The notes beneath the pieces were generated by a model that saw nothing but the letters and a program-made list of their open reading frames with translations, had not been told where the DNA came from and searched no databases. From positions 104,346,001 through 104,410,000 of the forward strand of contig NC_043006.1 of the NCBI RefSeq assembly GCF_006345805.1: DNA of 64,000 nt. The letters are read 5' to 3'. A program made the translations under genes and the position numbers. The stretch comes from Octopus sinensis (taxonomy: Eukaryota). This document shows, piece after piece, positions 43,590-56,580 of this stretch (position 1 is the stretch's first letter; each line of letters begins with the position of its first letter).

Positions 43590-43985
43590 AAAAGCGTTGG
43601 GTCTGTTCTTTAACATGCCCGGCCATACAGTACTAGAGCAAGATGAAATAAAGTGTTTTACTCAAGAACACAATACGCGCCCGGTCTGGGAATCGAACCC
43701 ACGATTTGATGATCATGAGTGCAACACCCAAACAACTTGGCCATGCGAGTGGCTTAGCGGTTACAGCGCAAGACTCATGATCGTAAGATTGTGGTTTCGA
43801 TTCCTGAATCGGGCAATGTGTTGTGATCTTGAGAAAGACACTTCATTTCACGGTGCTCCACTCGATCCAGCTTGCAGAAAGGAAAACAAACACTTTCGAC
43901 GGACCGGCGTCCAGCCCAGCGGGAAATTATATGAGAGACACAGAAACCATGAAACCGGCCCTAGAAGTCTTTGTGACTCGGGAAG
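43590..43985. mobile_element. Head-to-head fused pair of family C-like SINEs (minus ~43590-43745; plus ~43745-43985)
   Basis: GAAATAAAGTGTTTTACTCAAGAACACAA..GGGAATCGAACCC followed by GTGGCTTAGCGGTTA..GGTTTCGATTCCTG..CTTGAGAAAGACACTTCATTTCAC. Confidence 0.75.
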
Positions 43986-44879
43986 AAATATGAACTCAAC
44001 ACCAAAATTTATGAGTATCGTAAATCCCAGAATTTGACTGAAACTTACATAATTTTCTGAACAAGCCATCGATTATATCGGCTCCTATATATATATTTAA
44101 TTATTTTATTTCAACAAAAATGTATTAATATTTTTTCAACTGAACTGTAAGCATGAGAATTTATCTTTTAATCGGTCGAATCTCTATCAATTTAAGATAA
44201 ATTCTTACTTCGAGTAATTTTCTCTTGCTATGATCAGGTATAATCTATTGTATACTTGTTAGTATTTTGGTTACCGTATTCACCGCTGTATGTGATGCAT
44301 TTTTTCATAAGATGAAGGGCGAAGTCGATATAAGAAGGATTTAAACTCAGGATCTACACACAAATGGGATTAACAAATCACTGCAAAAGGGAAATTTGAC
44401 AAGACAGTCAGTCGCCCACTGACACTCGTTAACGCTACATAGACGAGGCCAGGGAACAGAAGAAAAAAGAAAGAAAGAAGACATGCACCCAACACCAGAG
44501 CTGAAAACACCTCCGAAAGGAGGGGCCCCACCACGTCAAAACGGTAGAGGAGTAGGGGCCGAAACCGGACGTGATGATGATGGCTTGAGCTAACTGGATC
44601 CTATAAAGGAGCTGTTGTGGTAGCAGACCACGAAACACGGTTGAAATTCCTCCTGCCAATTTACTGACCTGATACTCTAACAATGTTGATATTCATCGCA
44701 CAGGTGCTCTATCTAGCCTTTTAGCAAGTACTCTGATATCTTATGGATTCTGCAACCTGTTGCCCTTAATACAGATTGGCAAGTCTATTTTGCTGAGTAT
44801 ATGGTCCAACTCAAACGCTTACAGATGGGAAAGGGGAGATGATCTCGGCCAGAATACTTTTGATAACAGGTTTAAAAAA

Positions 44880-45124
44880 GGTAAAGGTTAACTTCTCGAG
44901 CCATGCCGCATCACAAGGGCCGTTTTCCTGGTTTCCATGGCGTATAAATCCCCCACCTGGATGAGACGCCAGTCCGTCACAGGATTACTCATTTTTGCCA
45001 GCTGAAGCAACGGGAAATGAAGTGTTTTGCTCAAGAACACAACGCATCGCCTGGTCCAGGAATCGACACCATAATCTTACGATCATGAGTCCAACGCCTT
45101 AACTCCTAAGTCACGCCCCTCCAC
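44880..45124 (-). mobile_element. Family C SINE
   Basis: Colinear with 11292-11549. Confidence 0.85.
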
Positions 45125-45989
45125 TTTGATAATAAGTTTGCATAATCATGTGTGACTCAGAGCACAAAAGGAAAAAAAAAGAACTAAGACAATCGAGCTA
45201 AGAACCCTGTTTTCACTGGTGTTGTTGATTGTTGGGATTTTCTGTTCGGAAAAGTAGATTGTCTCAGACTCTGACAATATTGCTCAGATCTTTAGTATTT
45301 CATAAAAAACTTACTAGACCATTTAATTGACTGAGCTGTACAGTAACCACAACCCTGAGAAATACATCTTTCAAAATGATCCAATAAGGTAATATCAGTG
45401 GGAGTCACTCTCATTCTAGAAATAACAGTCAAATCATCCTCAAATGCGGACCCTCCTGTTGAAACATATATTTGATACTGTAAAGACAGATATATACAAT
45501 ATCAGAAAAAAGTTAGATGGTCGTATCTGGAACGCAAACTATCATCTTCAAAGTTTCTACATGCATTTTGTCTGAACAATATATGGGAGAGTCATGGATG
45601 GAATGCATTTGAGGATAAGCATGCTGAAACAAAGGTTACCTGGAGCTATACACAATGCATCATATCATATCTCTTGTAAGTGTCCTTTTTTGTAAGATCT
45701 CAAGAAAGAATGGGGTGCAGTGTAGTCTATGTGTTAGTGGGGGAGGGAAAATTGGTCGTGTTCAGAACGAATGTGGCATTCGGGGAATGAATGGGTAGCA
45801 AGATATCTGGTATTCTCGTAAACAAGGATGGGTTTGGGAAGTGAGTCGCGTCAGAGAGTTGCATATATAATTTAGCAAATAATTAATTTATGACGTTGTA
45901 ATGTATGTGTGCATGTACTTGAGTTTGTACGTCTTTAGACTGGTCTGTATGTACATATATAAGTAACTATCTATTTACTTATTCATAGA

Positions 45990-46600
45990 CAACAGCATCT
46001 AAAATGCTGTGCCAAAATTCTGCTACCTGGACGAAGAGATCCCTCATCGATTGTCTAAGGCAAAACCAACTTTCGGTAGACTCCAGCACAGACTGTGGAT
46101 AAATCACGGCATCTGCTTGGCCACAAAGATAAAAGTCCATCTGGTAGTAATGCTTACCTGTATGGCTGTAAAACATGGACACTACAAGTTCCAAATGAAA
46201 TGGCAAGGCTCATTCCATATCCGCTGCCTTCGTTCACTTTGAACATCAAGTGACAGAACGAAGTCCCCAGCACAGAGATGCTTTCACGGTGCGACATTCT
46301 AGGCAAAGAAAGTTTCTGTATTAAAACGCATCTAAGGTGGTTTGGCCATTAGGTACGCGTGAAAGACACTCACTTAACAAAATCCCTCTTTTATGGTCAG
46401 TTTAACTCTGGTGCCAGGAAATAAGGTCGTTTATTGCTCTGTTATAAGAACATTCAAAAGATTTGCTTGAAAGCCGCACGATAAACCTGAAGACATGAAA
46501 GTTGTTAGTGCCGAATACAGCTCAGTGAAAAAGCTCGGTGTACCATGCCATTCCCGACTTTGAGGTAGGCAGGATCGATGGCCTGAGAAAATAGGTCAGT
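45990..46600 (+). mobile_element. Decayed RTE-clade LINE, C-terminal part of RT
   Basis: FCYL..DEEIPHRLSKAKPTFGRLQHRLW..ICLATKIKV, LYGCKTWTL, SFHIRCLRSL, HLRWFGH*VRV, KSLFYGQ. Confidence 0.85.
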
Positions 46601-46984
46601 ATAAAGCCAGGTTCAATCTACTCCCCTGATGATGGTGACTGCTACTACAACGTCGGCAAACGATCTCCACATCCTGAATAAGCCTTTATCTCTACGTGAG
46701 CCGACACGACAAGACATCGAATTGCGAGGATTGTACGGCTGTGACCTTCTGAATCCTCATTCGTTGAATCGGCGACAAAGTCAAGTAATCTACTGGATTT
46801 GTTGTGTATATAAGCAGGTTAGATACTAATTTCTCCGGGATTGGTCAAATCATCTTGATACCCTTGATGAGAAATCAATAATGATCGAAAATCACTTAAG
46901 ACTATTTGTCACTTATTTACTCTACGGAGTAGTTAAATTAGCCATATTTGCATTTCTACAACGTTGGTATAGGGTAAAGGGTAA

Positions 46985-47319
46985 AGAGCCCCTTCCATCA
47001 TGAATGACCATAGGATTATACTTACAAAGTTAACCTCGGTAGCACAGGTCCGGGCAGGGTGTTTTATGGAAGACCAGCAGTCGCCCATGCGTACCAGCCT
47101 CACTACGTCACCGATATTATCCAAGGGAAAGGCAAAGGGGCCAATACAGCTTGCCACAAGTGACGTCACAACTCATTTCTACAGCTGAATGAACTGGTGC
47201 ATCGTGAAATAAAGTGTATTGCACAAGAGCACCACACACAGCCCCTGTCCGATAATCGAACTCACTACCTCATGATTGCTAGTCCGATGCTCTGACCACT
47301 GAGCCATGCGACTTCCCAC
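46985..47319 (-). mobile_element. Family C-type SINE with a third tail type
   Basis: tRNA-like head and core as in family C; tail shared with 29062-29263. Confidence 0.8.
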
Positions 47320-47520
47320 GTTTGTATACATATATGATCAGATCATACAGTGATGCTATGTGAACTGATATCCCCATTGAGAGGCTGCTGATATTAGATA
47401 GAGTGTTAGACACTTACGGTATGCAAATTAGTAGCCCCACTTCTCTGTAATGACTGGATCTGTTGAACATATAAACAAATTGGTTACTTATTCCACTGGA
47501 ATAAGTCAGATGATGAAGAT

Positions 47521-47563
47521 CCCTCTGATGAGAAACCAATGAGTTTCGAAAATCGATTAAAGC
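47521..47563 (+). ncRNA. Minimal hammerhead ribozyme motif with intact catalytic core
   Basis: CCCT-CTGATGA-GAAAC CAATGA GTTTC-GAAA ATCGAT TA-AAG: canonical core, 5 bp stem II, palindromic stem III AATCGATT; stem I weak. Confidence 0.6.
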
Positions 47564-47608
47564 TGTTAAATTTGCAATGTCTGTACTTTTATTTCGTAGG
47601 TATATCTA

Positions 47609-47639
<31 letters not shown>

Positions 47640-47642
<3 letters not shown>

Positions 47643-47905
47643 TCTTTATTAGCCACACAGACGGGACGGATTATAAAGTAGAGTTTTTCTTTTTGGGGGA
47701 GAGAAAAAAAGGTGGGGTAGGTTTTCGATCAAAAGGGATCGTAAAAGGGAAAGAAGGAAAAAGAAAGAAAAGAAGAAAGAAAAAAGGGAAAAAAGAAAAC
47801 AAAACGATCAATAGGGATCGTGTATCAGTATCATGATGTAAAGTGTAAAGGGGGAAGAAGATAAGGTTTATCCGTGGGAAGAAAAGCCTATGGAAAAGAC
47901 CGTAG
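47640..47905 (-). mobile_element. 3' UTR fragment of the same Tx1 family as 7951-10224
   Basis: Reverse complement matches ~9950-10224 (TTTTACGATCCCTTTTGATCGAAAACC..GTGTGGCTAATAAAGAAAC); lies between (TA)n and (CA)n. Confidence 0.9.
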
Positions 47906-48017
47906 GTATGCACACACATACACGTACACACACACACACAACACACACACACACACACATACACACACACACACACACACGCACACACGCACACACACAC
48001 ACGCACACACACACACG

Positions 48018-48057
<40 letters not shown>

Positions 48058-48859
48058 AACTTCTATGTCTCTATACATGTACAGAACAATCACTTTGTAA
48101 CATGATTAGAGTATTATTCTTCGCCATTTGTCAGTTCACTAGATGAAATGGTAAAGTTCTATGCAGATCTCAGAGCTAATTTGAAAGATATGGATAAAAT
48201 CCTAAACATGTACTGATGGAAGATCTGAATGGACTGAAACGAGAAGTTCTGTTTGGGTGATCATGAAAGAGGAAATTGTAGTATTGTAGTGGCTTGCTTT
48301 TAAAAGGCTGTCAAGAATTGAATTTAATGATAGTTAATTCATGGTTTACACAGAAAGATTAATGTAACATCATTTGAAAGCATCTACACTCTGGTCTCTT
48401 GTATATCATGTCGAAGATGTTGCTCTGAATTGTCGATATATGTACAGAAGACGTATGAGATGAACTTAATATTGAATGCTAACCATTTGCTGAGAACAAT
48501 GTGTGTGGGGGTGTGTTTTCATCGAAAGCATACGACTCCGAAGATATGAAAACAAACCAAAGTGTCTCAGCTTCCTACTCAGGAGAAGCTCAAGCAGTTT
48601 TAAGAGATTCAGGTGATTGGCCTTCTGATGATCATATTTGTATTCTAAACAAAATCATTATGAAGCTATATCTTCAACATTAGTATAAAAAAACGACGGA
48701 TTGGCTTACAATTAATGACCTTTTCGGTAGAAGCCTCTTAAAATAGGGCAGCAGTTTTGACAGGTTCTTGCTACCGGCATTGACAGAAAAGGAACAAAAG
48801 ATTAAATAGGATAGAGCTCCTTCTCCAGTTATATAGCTTTGTAAAGCAAGTTTCTCGAC

Positions 48860-49042
48860 ATCCGTGGCGTCTATATATTCAGCCCCTGGAAGGAATCCTA
48901 GTCCGTCGCGTGATTACTCATTTCTGCCAGCTTAGTGGACTGCAGTAACGTAAAAGGAAGTGTTTTGCTGAAGAGCACAACTTATCACCTTGTCCAGGAA
49001 TCGAAACCAACCAACACCCTAACCGCCAGGACATGCACCTCG
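48860..49042 (-). mobile_element. Decayed family C SINE
   Basis: TTACTCATTTCTGCCAGCTTAGTGGACTG..GTCCAGGAATCGAAACCA. Confidence 0.75.
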
Positions 49043-50448
49043 TGTAACAAAAGAAATTGTGAAAAAGAATTAAAAAGCTGTTAGACGAAACAGCAAGGAA
49101 CGCTAATGATAAAAACCCAACACACTTAAATACTCGAAAAGGTTGTAATTCCAATTGACCATAGATTATAGGACAAATGCTCTGAGTTTTCTCATACTGA
49201 AAACTTTGCGGGATTAGGAAACATTGGATTTGATAATAAAAAGAACTACAGAACATACTTTCGGACGTTAGCCTTGATGTGACTGGTGTGCTGGAAGTTG
49301 GTGAAGCTTGCTCACACAGAAACCTGATTTAAGTCGCTCATTTAGTGAGATGCAACATTTCCATAAGTAGGAAGAATAGAGGCAACAGAACCAGAAAACA
49401 TTAAGCTGCTGAGAAGGATAAAGGGAAATTGTAGAGAAATGGTTGACCTGCCTTTTATCATATTCCAGCTTGTGTGATTGAAAAGTACAACTGGAGAGGT
49501 ACCACCTTTACATCTCTCTTCAAAGACAGCTCTAAGGTACTTTATGATAACAACTGTCAATTGAAGATTACGTCCTTGCCAGAACATTCCTTAATCATCT
49601 GTTTGTATATATGTATACAAACATATACAAACATGTTGTATATGTTTGTATATACAACATATATAGATCGTTTAGCAAATTCACTCACAATGTTTATAGT
49701 GCAGACGTATATAAATAAAAGACGCTTTTGAAAGATGCCTCGAAATGGGATTGAACTTGAAATGTCGAAGTTGTGAAGTAAGACTCTTGACCATACAGTT
49801 GTGCCCGCACCTCCATCTATGTCTAACAAAACAATCAATCGCATAGAATTAGAAGTTTCTTCGTTTGCTTGACTGTTAGTCTCTATACAGATATGTAAAC
49901 TACACAAAACGCAAGTTGATAATTCAATATGATTATATGAAAATATCAAATACGGAGTAATAAATTCGTTTCAAAGCAATCGCAAATTGCTTAATAACAT
50001 AAAAGTTTTACATATTTGTGTGTGTGTGTGTGTGTGTGTCTGTGTACGTACGTATATGTGTATGTACCTGTATGTATATGTGTGTGTTTGTGTGTGCCCG
50101 TATCTATAAGTATATGCCAATATGTATATGTATCATCTCGTATGTATTTTGTAATATCAGCCAGGTGTTTAATATATCAAAATGTTAACAGATAATCAAT
50201 AGTTTTCATGACTTTATATGAAACTACGAAGTCTGATACATGTGATAAAGTTCGAATGGAAAGCCGATATATATTGACGAGTCTAAGTGAATAAATATAA
50301 CATTTATATGAATGGCTGCATTATACTCAACCAGAAAACAGACACACAACATGAACAGACATGAACAGACACATTCACACATATGCAAACACATATAAGA
50401 AACAAATAGAAGCGAACCATATATATATATATGCATACATACAACATA

Positions 50449-50560
<112 letters not shown>

Positions 50561-50782
50561 GGAGAGAGTGAGGGAGAGAGAGAGGGAGCGAGAGAGAGGG
50601 GGTGAGAGAGAATTATATGTGTGTGTGTGTATGTAATATAACAAATATTTGTGTATTTATATTATATATATGCACACACACGTGCATACACATGTACATA
50701 TATGTATATACGTACATACATGTATGCATATATCTACATTCATATCTATCTAACGATGTATGTATATATATATTATATATAG

Positions 50783-51136
50783 CTGAGTAAAAATCTGTAC
50801 GTACGCCGCTATATGTCCATATAAATCCGAAAAATGGAACAAGAGCGTAACAGATAACCATATAAACATACGGACTGATGGACGATACAAAGACGGACTA
50901 GAAAACCAGGACTGAATATTCGTAGCTTTCAACAGTCAATCTTCCATTCATCTTTACTGTTTCGGTCCGTTACACTTGAGACTGTTCAAAATTGGTAGAT
51001 CCCCACGAATGTTCTGACCTGGTTCTCCTGTCTGTCTTTGTATCGTCCATCTGTCGGTATGTTTTCATTGCCGATTGTTATGTTCTTGTTCCGTTTGGGG
51101 GATCTATAAAGCGGCGTACGTACATCTTTTGCTCAG
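50783..51136. mobile_element. Inverted pair of diverged copies of a short (TA)-associated element (third copy at ~51905-52065)
   Basis: 50783-50925 is an imperfect reverse complement of 51003-51136; shared CCTGGTT..TGTC(C/T)GTCTTTGTA motif in all three copies. Confidence 0.75.
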
Positions 51137-51146
51137 TTTGTAAGTA

Positions 51147-51436
51147 TCGGGTCATCCCAAAACTTCTGTCCGAAATTTGAAGAAAGAAAACAAGTGATGG
51201 AAAATGTACTCATACAATTAAAATTTCCTTGATTAAAACCCTTTCTAACATGGAAGTATCCAAAGAGGATTTAGGGCACATAAATCTATTATTCTGTAAA
51301 ATAATATTTTATTAATTTAAATGTACACAAATGTATAAAAATAATTTTTAATTCCATTAGACATTCTATAAACTATTAAATTTCATTCAGTTTAAAAAAA
51401 AAGGTAAAATCGAACAGAACTTATGGGATGATCTGA
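51147..51436 (+). mobile_element. Mariner-derived MITE
   Basis: TIRs TCGGGTCATCCCAAAACTTCTGTCCGA / TCGAACAGAACTTATGGGATGATCTGA, TA flanks, residual start MEVSKEDLGHI. Confidence 0.8.
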
Positions 51437-52062
51437 TATATATCTAAATCCCGTTTGACTTTCTTCTCTCTTTCTTTTTTTTCTTTTTCTAGCCTACTCC
51501 CTCTTTCACTTTCTTGGCATTCTCTTTCTTTCCATTTTTCTTTTTCTTGCTCCCCCTCTCACATTTCTTGCCATTCTCCCTACTTCTCTATGTACCTTCC
51601 ATGTGATTGGTGCTCGGCTAAGCATGATCTTTCTTTCTTGGCCTAACCGCATCTCGTACAACATCTTATTTTCCTGTCTCCTGACTTTCATCTATGTTTG
51701 TTGTTGTAAGGCTTCCATTTCACACGCCAGCTTACTTTTTGTCCTTTTAGACGAAAGACACTTCTTGTTATACTTGTTAGTATTTTCAATAGTGTAACTT
51801 TTTTCCCGTTTTCTCGTTATTTTTTTTTGCCCGACAACTTGTCGCACATATTCGCTCGATTTCTTCCAAAAGTTTAATGCCCTTAGCTTAGATTTTTGGG
51901 ACCTACCAAGAGTAACAGGCCGAAACTATAATAATGATTAGAAGCTTGACTGATGAAAGGAAAGCCACGAATGTTCCGTCCTGGTTTTCCTGTCCGTCTT
52001 TGTACTCTCCACATCTGTCCCTATGTTTTCATTGTCATCCTTTACGTTGTTATTCTATCTTT

Positions 52063-52095
<33 letters not shown>

Positions 52096-52795
52096 TATTT
52101 AACCCTCTTTAGTTTTGGGCTGCAGGCCCAATTAGCTGCCCGCAGGAGGTAACCTAACAGTCCGCACAGAGTACGGTTTTTAAGCTAGTCCTGCATAAGC
52201 TGACGCACTCTAGGAATAAATCTAATTCAGCTTTTGGTATCCGGAATTAAACCAATTATTTACATGTATGGTTTTGTACGTTCGCAGCTTTAATTGTTGA
52301 GTTTTACTATAATCAAGGATTTCTCATAGCAAAAGTATATTCATAATGTCGATGGGATCGCACCCCAATAACGGGTTTTGTCTTAGAAACCAAAATATAC
52401 TATACACTTTAACCCCCTTCAATTATTGGTACTCTACACAGCTCATGTACACGATATTGTCTTGCACAATTTGATGCCGAGGCTGTATAAACGGCATTGT
52501 TGACCACATTCAAAAACGGACTGTCTTGATTGATTTGCATCAAATCACCCACAGATGCTATCTAGCCTCTGGCCCCCAGACAAGCAGCCCCTTTTCTCTA
52601 ACACTTCCTTTCTGGCTCTATAACAGTCTCTCCTCCTTCGACTTGTGTGGGTTCGTGCTGCCTCCGCTGTGACTTTTGCATCGCTTCGTGCCCACACACA
52701 TTTTGTGTTTCAACCAAGCATGATCCCCACTACTCACAATACCCTTTTCTTTCTTTACCAGAATATTAGAACATTAACCAACCCTTTTTGTTTAC

Positions 52796-54571
52796 ATTCT
52801 ATGAAACATACGAACTTGCGGCTTTATTATTTATATTGGTTTAAGGCTGCTAGTTGCCAGAACCGTTAGCACGCTAGGCAAAACGTTTAGTGGCGTTTCT
52901 CCCGTCTACGTATTCTGAGCTCAAATTCCTCCGAGATCGACTTTACCTTCTATTCTTTCGGGTTCGATAAAATAAGTGCCAACTGAGCACAGGGGTTGAT
53001 TACATCGACTTACCCCTCCTCCGAAACTGATGGCCTTGTGCCAAAATTTGAAATCAATTTTAAATATTGATTTTAAGTTGTGGCACCAGGTCAGCAGTTT
53101 TGGGGAGGACGTAAATCGATAACAAGGACATCATTGGTAATCTTGTACTTATTTTATCAACCCCGGCGGCTGTTGAGCCTACAACCCTGTTCACATCTTT
53201 CCCGCAAATGTTGAATTACAAAGGTTCAAGAGAAACATAAACGGCATCGTTATAGTTGGTCGAAGCGAAATAACTTCATTCTAGTTAACTGTCTTTTTAA
53301 TATATTTGGGAAGATTTTTCGAAATTCGTCTGAGCGAACTTCGGGTTTACTAATCGGATATTGAGTACCAACGCGAATGTAAATTCCTTTTGGATTTAAT
53401 GAACTCTGATTGATCAATAAAGTTAGTCAAGTTTGCATAACTGCACAGTGCCTGGAAAGTATCTACCTGGACTTGTGAATCCCCTTCCTTCGTATTATAT
53501 ACATACATAGTGGCATAGTGGTTGTGTATATTCAGCTCATGAACGTAAGGTCGTGAGTTCTAATTCCGGCGGCGCGTTGCTCCAGTCCACTCAACTGGCA
53601 AAAATGAGTAGTACCTGTATTTCAAAGGACCAACTTTGTCACGTTCTATCGTGATTAATCTCCCTAGAAGTGTATGCGTGTCTGAGATATACTCAGTTAC
53701 ACGTTGCGCGCATCTTTGTCTATCGATGGAAAAACAGACTTTTATCGGAAAGCGAATCGCTTATAGTTATGTCAGTATATCCGACTGGATTCACGTGTTT
53801 TTCATGTAACTATCGGTTTGTAACTGTTCAATAATATCATTAACTGTTAATCTCACCGGTCATGAACTGTCTGTGAGAGCTATGAGGACAACCCCAAATG
53901 CTTGAAAGAAATTTAGAAAACCGATACTCTTTGCAAATGTCGACTATTTCATAAAAAGTAGCTCGTAAGTAGAACTGAAAAGGATTTGAAAATTTTAGTT
54001 AATTAGTGATAGTTTGTAGTGTCTTGTGCTACTGTAAATGTTATGATCCATTCTGTAGTTGATTTAAATAAAATTTGCGAATGAGTAAAAATAACTATTA
54101 AGTTGAACGTGATATTTAACAATACCAGGGTTAAAAGCCAGCTTTGTCGAACACCATAGATGCCCTACGGCCAGCCATTATAATTCTATGAAGCATACGA
54201 ACTTGCGGCTTTATTATTTATATTGGTTTAAGGCTGCGAGTTGCCAGAACCGTTAGCACGCTAGGCAAAACGTTTAGTGGCGTTTCTACCGTCTACGTAT
54301 TCTGAGCTCAAATTCCTCCGAGATCGACTTTACCTTCTATTCTTTCGGGTTCGATAAAATAAGTGCCAACTGAGCACAGGGGTTGATTACATCGACTTAC
54401 CCCTCCTCCGAAACTGATGGCCTTGTGCCAAAATTTGAAATCAATTTTAAATATGATTTTAAGTTGCGGCACCAGGTCAGTAGTTTTGGGGAGGACGTAA
54501 ATCGATAACAAGGACATCATTGGTAATCTTTTACTTATTCTATCAACCCCGGCGGCAGTTGAGCCTACAAC
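52796..54571 (+). repeat. Dispersed direct duplication of ~390 bp (52796-53185 / 54183-54571) containing family A SINE sequence
   Basis: Near-identical including non-SINE flank; 1.39 kb apart. Confidence 0.95.
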
Positions 54572-54630
54572 TTAAAGACGGATGAAATGCCGCTAAGCAT
54601 TTTCCAGGAAAGTTAACGATTCTGCCAGCT
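54230..54630. mobile_element. Tail-to-tail pair of family A SINEs
   Basis: Plus copy ends ..GCCAAAATTTGAAATCAAT; minus copy begins ATGATTTTAAGTTGCGGCACCAGGTCAG and ends TAACGATTCTGCCAGCT. Confidence 0.8.
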
Positions 54631-56513
54631 TTATCATTTAATATTGCTTATTCTGTTTTGTTATTTAATATTTGTTTCATTATTTAATATCGAGACTTTG
54701 ATCTTATTGATGACTGATATGTAACTGAACTAAATCTTTATCGATATTCACATGCAGTAGCCTATAAATTACTTCTGATATACTAAGACAAATTCTATGC
54801 GTTTATCAAGAGGACTCAAAAGCCAGACATTTCATATAAGGATTTCTCGTAATAAACATTTAATAAAGGTAAAAAAAGCAGAGGTCTAAGAGTCACAAAC
54901 GTCCATCAGATCGAGATATCTGTCATTATATTATTTGATTTCTTCGGATAACTTGGAAAAATCTCACTCGTAGTGAAAACTGGACGAGACGATGTATTGT
55001 ATTTCAAGACCTCATTCTTCGATGTTGATGGCAGATAATTTTATTGCATTGAGAACAGTTTATATTCTCTTTACTAAAAACAACGCTTATCTCTTGATCT
55101 TTTTCATAAAAATTACTCACGAATTTTGAGTATACTGTCTATACAGTGAATTGAAAGTCGATATATAGCTCACAATAAAGTCCATTTGTTATCAACGCAA
55201 GATTTTTTTTTCAAATTTAATATATTAAATATCTCATGAAGTTACTTCAAGGGGGATTCGATTTTTTTAATGTTAAATTCTTTATAGCTTTTAAACAATC
55301 AATATTTTAATAGACTTGCTTATTGTCGGATGACGTTTTGTATATAATTACTCCTTTAAGCTTGAAAATGATCTTATATTTTGAACCAAAATTCAGCACC
55401 AGGCTTATATTTTCTGATCAAGATGTCACGGGTAACATTCCTTTTGGTAATGATGCAATCTAGAAGGTAGCAATATTTTAGGCGAGGATATATTGAAATA
55501 TTCATGTGTCATTTGGGAAGATGAAACGGGGCATTTGCGAACGTAAGATCAGGTGGGAAACATTATTTGGAATATATGTCTCTTAATAGACATTTGTGAT
55601 GCACCATTCACCAGCTTCATCTCTTTATCTGTCTCGATTGCACACACACACACAATTATGTACATGTTGCCAAATGCCCGATCAACGACGAAAAAATATG
55701 TCCTAAGTTATGTGTAAAATCACATGTAGTAAATGTAACGAATCCTATATGAGAAGTATCGTTAGGCAAGCGCATATACGGGTTCAAGAAAACATCTATC
55801 GTCATGCTCTTTCTGTCAAAAGGCACCTATAGTAACTCCACATGTAATATATTCAAGTTCCCACTGACGTCACGGAACGAAACATTGGAAAACTGAGAAT
55901 AAAAGAGGCCACTATCATTAGCTAGATCACATATTAACACAATCGAGCTGCATGTATATTATTGGCTATTATAGCAATGCTTGCTATCCTGTGTCTGCAA
56001 GTCAACCGTCCACACACACACACACACACACTCTCTCTCTCTCTCTCTCTCTCTCTGAGATACTGAAATACAAGAAAAAGCGTAAACCATCAATTAATCA
56101 TATTTCTTATAACCGAAATTGTTTTGGATTTCAAAGATCAAAAGTAATAGCATTTATCTATATCAGACAATGCTTCAGATAGATTATATATATAATCTGA
56201 TAAGGTCCAATTGACCGAAATCACGTGATATAGGAATTCCGATGCACGTGAACCTCGAATTTCGTCTGCTACGTTTTATGTGTGTGCTTGTATGTACCAA
56301 GCGCTTATATTAAAGGATGCCTCAAAGCTAATAACGCAGTACTCCATGCTCTAACAAGGTATTCATGCTAGTTGGATATAGAGATTACCTTTTTGTATTA
56401 AATACTGCTTCCGTTGCTAAAAATGACAATGAATATTTATGTACGCGTATAAGAGCGTGTGTGCGCATGTGCGAGTGTGTGTGTGCATATATGTGCGTAT
56501 GTATGTGTACACG

Positions 56514-56553
<40 letters not shown>

Positions 56554-56580
56554 TGTATATATATATATAGAGAGAGAGAT

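Noticed and set aside
48140-48480. Possible LINE AP-endonuclease remnant (KFYADL..EDLNG..LMIVNSWF)
   Set aside because: Too degraded to assign without a profile search.
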